Below are positions 31,577-34,117 of a stretch of DNA of 34,117 nt, piece after piece (the first letter of the stretch is position 1; every line of letters begins with the position of its first letter). This stretch comes from Octopus bimaculoides (Eukaryota): assembly GCF_001194135.2 (NCBI RefSeq), contig NC_068992.1:29217384-29251500 (forward strand), in the 5' to 3' direction. Under the pieces are notes generated by a model. That model searched no databases, had not been told where the DNA came from, and saw only the letters and a list, made by a program, of their open reading frames with translations. The position numbers and the translations under genes were made by a program.

Positions 31577-34117
31577 AACAGGTCTATAAATAACATGTAA
31601 ATATAATTTTCAAATTAGGCGTATCCTTTCTTGTTTCCTGAAGCTCAGCTTCAAAAGATTACTGTTGAGTCATGTAAATATTCATGAACTCTAATAATTA
31701 CAGATCTTAATTTAAAGATGCAGACAGGATGGAATACCTGCAGATTCCTCATTTATTCAGCACAGATATTTTCTTTCGGACTAAATTTTGACATGTTTGT
31801 AACGACTGTTTTCCACAACGTTGCACACCTACATTACAGTCCCATATGGGATACCAAGTTTATGTCTTATTGAAGTTTTAGAAGGAACAATGCACTGTGA
31901 ATAATTGCGTCTCTCATTGTACTAGAATTTTTCCTATTTTTGTCTTCAAGGATAGCTTTCAACGGATTACATTTCATAAGGTTTTGAGCACGACCTGTCA
32001 ACTCACAGATGAATAGCGTGGTAATGACATTTTGCAACATATGCTGTTATCTCCGGCGTGAATTTCAGTCTGCATCTGTTGTTGCATCTAGATATTTCAC
32101 CTGTAACCATATACTCTCTGCATATCAGGTATTTTGATGCTTTTCTCCCGCTCGTAAACTGTGAAAGCATAACCTTCAAAGTGAGAGCTAATATACCAAG
32201 ATAGACTAATCTGGTTATTTAATGTTTCTGTGACTTTCAATCTTTCTGACATATGTGATCTTCTGTTAATACGTATAGAACTTTCAACTGATGACTTATG
32301 ATTTCCCTTGAAGTGTAACCTTTGTTCGTTATCAGAAAGGGAATGTTTTCTGAAGAACACCTTTCCACCCCACTGTTATGTATGTATGTATGTATGTATG
32401 TGTGTATGTGTGTATGTATGTATGTATGTATGTGTGTATGTATGTATGCTTGTATATACGTATGTGTATATATGTTTGCATGTGCGTACGTACATATGTA
32501 TGTTTGCATTCATGAATGTATGTCTGAGCATATATATGTATATATCTGCGTGCCTGAACAGATATCTATGCGTGCAAGTTAGTATGTCATTACATGTGTA
32601 TCTGTATGTTTTGTATTATGTATAATACACCTACACGTTTATAGTCACGCATGATAAACTCCTGGAAATATTTTACATATTCTCACAGTTCCATTAATAA
32701 TTCGTAGCTGTAACTTCTTGATTAGGAAAGCCCTTTCTGGTTCAGTGAAGCTAGGGTTCTCGAGTCTAATATCAAGGCAGTTATTTACGCATACAAGAGC
32801 ACACGAAATTACAGGTAAATATCTGAAGCTATAATACAGATAGAGTATTATAGAAAATATACTACATGAATTTTGGTATATTTTTAATTTAACGATAATT
32901 TACACACTCAGTCTTAATACGTTCCAGCAAATTCAAATGAATATATGCTAGTAGCTGTTGTGTAAGTTACAGGATAGTAATTTTTCCTTTGCACCAATGA
33001 ATCGAGCGTGATATGAACATATTGTAATCGTAAAAGGGAAACGTTGTTCTCCTGTGATGTACACATCAGCGACTAGCATATTTGTATTCTAATCTGTCGA
33101 AGTTTATTAAGAAAAATATGCAAATTTCCTTTTCAGAGCTTGCTGTACGTAGTGCAAATAACAATGCTTTAAAAAAATTTCCCATTTACTTATTGCTACT
33201 GTGGCTTGGTGAATCATTCCAAACGTTTATCGGTTTCACATCTTTTCAACGATTGAAGATGTGTGTACCATCAATTCAACGGAAAAAACTCAGAGTTTCG
33301 ACAGGGAAAAAATCTTCAGTTCCATATAATTCACACAAAGTAACATACACACACGCACGCACACACACACACACACACACACAAGGACACGCGCAGACAT
33401 ATATACAAATATATTAGTCTGTCTGTGTGTGTGTTCAATTTCTATATCGAAGTCTTTTAAATAGAAGGTAAGCTAAAATTCAATACACATCTTTGAATGA
33501 TGTGAACGTTGGATATTGATTCATAATAGCTTACAGGTGCATTTTGTTATCGACATGTTCATACAAATTTTGGGTACAATTGCATCCTTATTGCTTCTAA
33601 TAAATTTCTATAGAGACTGTTTGCACATTTAGATTAGTTACAACTCTTTACTTAAGAATAAATTCCTACAGTACTATGCACTTGCTGTCCTCTAGATTTT
33701 AGCTGATTCGCAGTGACCCGTTTTGTTTAGTTAGAATGAGATTTCATTCGCTCAATTGTGTTCTTTACAGATTTTCTATAATGTTCACATGCAATGTTGC
33801 AAAGATTACCTGAAATAATGATGAAAAGGTATTTTTCCAGATAATGACTACTTTGATTTTTTTCTCTTCTTTATTTCTCTTTCGTTTCAATTCCTATTTT
33901 CCTTCCTTTATTTTGCTTTTCTTCCTATTTCAGTAATTCTTTCACTGTTCTATTTTCTGTCTGCATGTATATATATATGTAGTTACTATGTACATGTACG
34001 CCTGTATGTATATATGTACGTATAGATTTATATATATATATATAGACATACATGTTGAGCTCCCCATATACATATGTGTATGATACACATACACACACAC
34101 ATAAGAATATATATATA

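Noticed and set aside
31790-31850. CNV-CGKQ zinc-finger-like words on the minus strand
   Set aside because: Requires an assumed frameshift and lacks the His pair.
1-34117. CRISPR arrays, operons, prokaryotic genes
   Set aside because: The sequence is eukaryotic; the only regular repeats are microsatellites and one two-copy 200-bp unit.

Overview
AT-rich, microsatellite-dense eukaryotic DNA with 11 assembly gaps. The SINE/LINE repertoire and (TA)n/(CA)n/(ATCT)n load look like an octopus (cephalopod) genome; this is inference from recalled repeat families, not a search. No intact, recognisable protein-coding gene is present, and almost all long ORFs in the track are artefacts of N-runs or microsatellites. 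The window is a graveyard of mobile elements: a full-length but dead Tc1-type transposase with DD36E spacing (1.9-2.9 kb), a decayed Penelope-like RT + GIY-YIG element (3.5-5.4 kb) plus a second GIY-YIG fragment (26.1 kb), CR1-like and RTE LINE 3' fragments, probable ORF1/5' remnants of non-LTR elements, an internally deleted mariner, at least four tRNA-derived SINE families, and a degenerate 28S rRNA fragment. The most interesting signals are non-coding. (1) A complete minimal hammerhead ribozyme sits in the Penelope terminal region. (2) A 200-bp-period tandem unit links a tRNA-like Pol III head to a hammerhead that is cut off exactly at its predicted cleavage site and fused to the next head. 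(3) The 28S fragment starts at the R2 target site. (4) A LINE and a SINE family share a 3' stem-loop with compensatory changes. A few isolated exon-like segments may belong to an unrecognised host gene (low confidence).
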